Source: Niabella pedocola (lineage in GTDB: Bacteria > Bacteroidota > Bacteroidia > Chitinophagales > Chitinophagaceae). From it: a stretch of 32,000 nucleotides of DNA. Both the position numbers and the translations under genes were made by a program. Under the pieces are notes generated by a model, which worked only from the letters and a program-made list of their open reading frames with translations, was not told the DNA's origin and ran no database searches. Below are positions 31,735 through 32,000 of the stretch, in pieces. Within the stretch, counting starts at the first letter, position 1. Every line of letters begins with the position of its first letter. The stretch is from positions 2,685,291 through 2,717,290 of the forward strand of contig NZ_JAJNEC010000005.1 in NCBI RefSeq assembly GCF_021044425.1, given 5' to 3'.

Positions 31735-32000
31735 ATGCCGAAGCAAGCCCGTTTGTATTGCTGCTGTATCCTGCTGTGGCTGATGGCCATTGCCGGGCAG
31801 GCGCAACAGCCGGTAAGGGTTGCCTGTATAGGCAATTCGGTTACTTATGGATGGGGGTTAAAAGATCCTCAATCCACATCCTATCCTGCGCAGCTGCAGC
31901 GGATGCTGGGCGCTGGATATGTGGTTAAAAATTTTGGCCACAGCGGCGCCACGGTATTAAAAAACGGGCATAATCCCTATTATAAAAGCAAGGCCTTCGG
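31735..32000 (+). CDS. SGNH/GDSL-family hydrolase, probable sialate O-acetylesterase, 3'-truncated by the window edge
   Basis: This ORF is not in the supplied track because it is open-ended. The ATG at 31735 gives MPKQARLYCCCILLWLMAIAGQAQQ (signal peptide). SGNH block I follows (VACIGNSVTYG, Ser nucleophile), then block II (NFGHSGAT). It starts 4 nt after the sialidase stop. The esterase substrate is inferred from locus context. Confidence 0.65.
   Translation, partial: MPKQARLYCCCILLWLMAIAGQAQQPVRVACIGNSVTYGWGLKDPQSTSYPAQLQRMLGAGYVVKNFGHSGATVLKNGHNPYYKSKAF

Overview
The segment looks like Bacteroidota chromosome: two SusC/SusD pairs, lipoprotein-type signal peptides and roughly 50% GC. It resembles Chitinophagaceae/Sphingobacteriia, but the taxon cannot be fixed from sequence alone. 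About 22 genes are present and nearly all have clear family assignments. I found no rRNA, tRNA, CRISPR array, transposase or integrase. The left edge holds the 3' part of a GH18 chitinase-like gene, an AraC regulator and two hypothetical envelope proteins. Two PUL-type loci follow on the + strand. Locus 1 (3931-20820) encodes a membrane-anchored TPR/LuxR-HTH regulator, SusC, SusD, a LacZ-type GH2 beta-galactosidase and a GH63/trehalase-like (alpha/alpha)6 glycosidase. Two nt after the glycosidase comes a fused hydroxylysine-kinase-like / AGXT2L-type PLP phospho-lyase gene, then a DUF1338/HglS homologue and an ALDH7A1-type aminoadipate-semialdehyde dehydrogenase. Locus 2 (20970-32000) encodes a divergent GntR/FadR regulator, SusC/SusD, NanA lyase, a NanM-like Kelch mutarotase, an MFS transporter, a GH33 sialidase and the start of an SGNH esterase. 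This is a canonical Bacteroidota sialic-acid locus. Main hypothesis (inference): locus 1 is a dedicated system for the collagen-type glycoside Glc(alpha1-2)Gal(beta1-O)-5-hydroxylysine. It would join outer-membrane uptake and two periplasmic glycosidases to a cytoplasmic hydroxylysine -> aminoadipate semialdehyde -> 2-aminoadipate -> (2-oxoadipate) -> D-2-hydroxyglutarate route. Smaller sequence-level observations are four helically phased GTAGAGG direct repeats upstream of SusC, a perfect 16-bp hairpin between susD and the GH2 gene, a 14-bp-stem hairpin with a T-run inside a 467-bp non-coding gap, and a perfect 7-3-7 palindrome with a GntR-type TGT-N3-ACA core upstream of the sialic-acid SusC.
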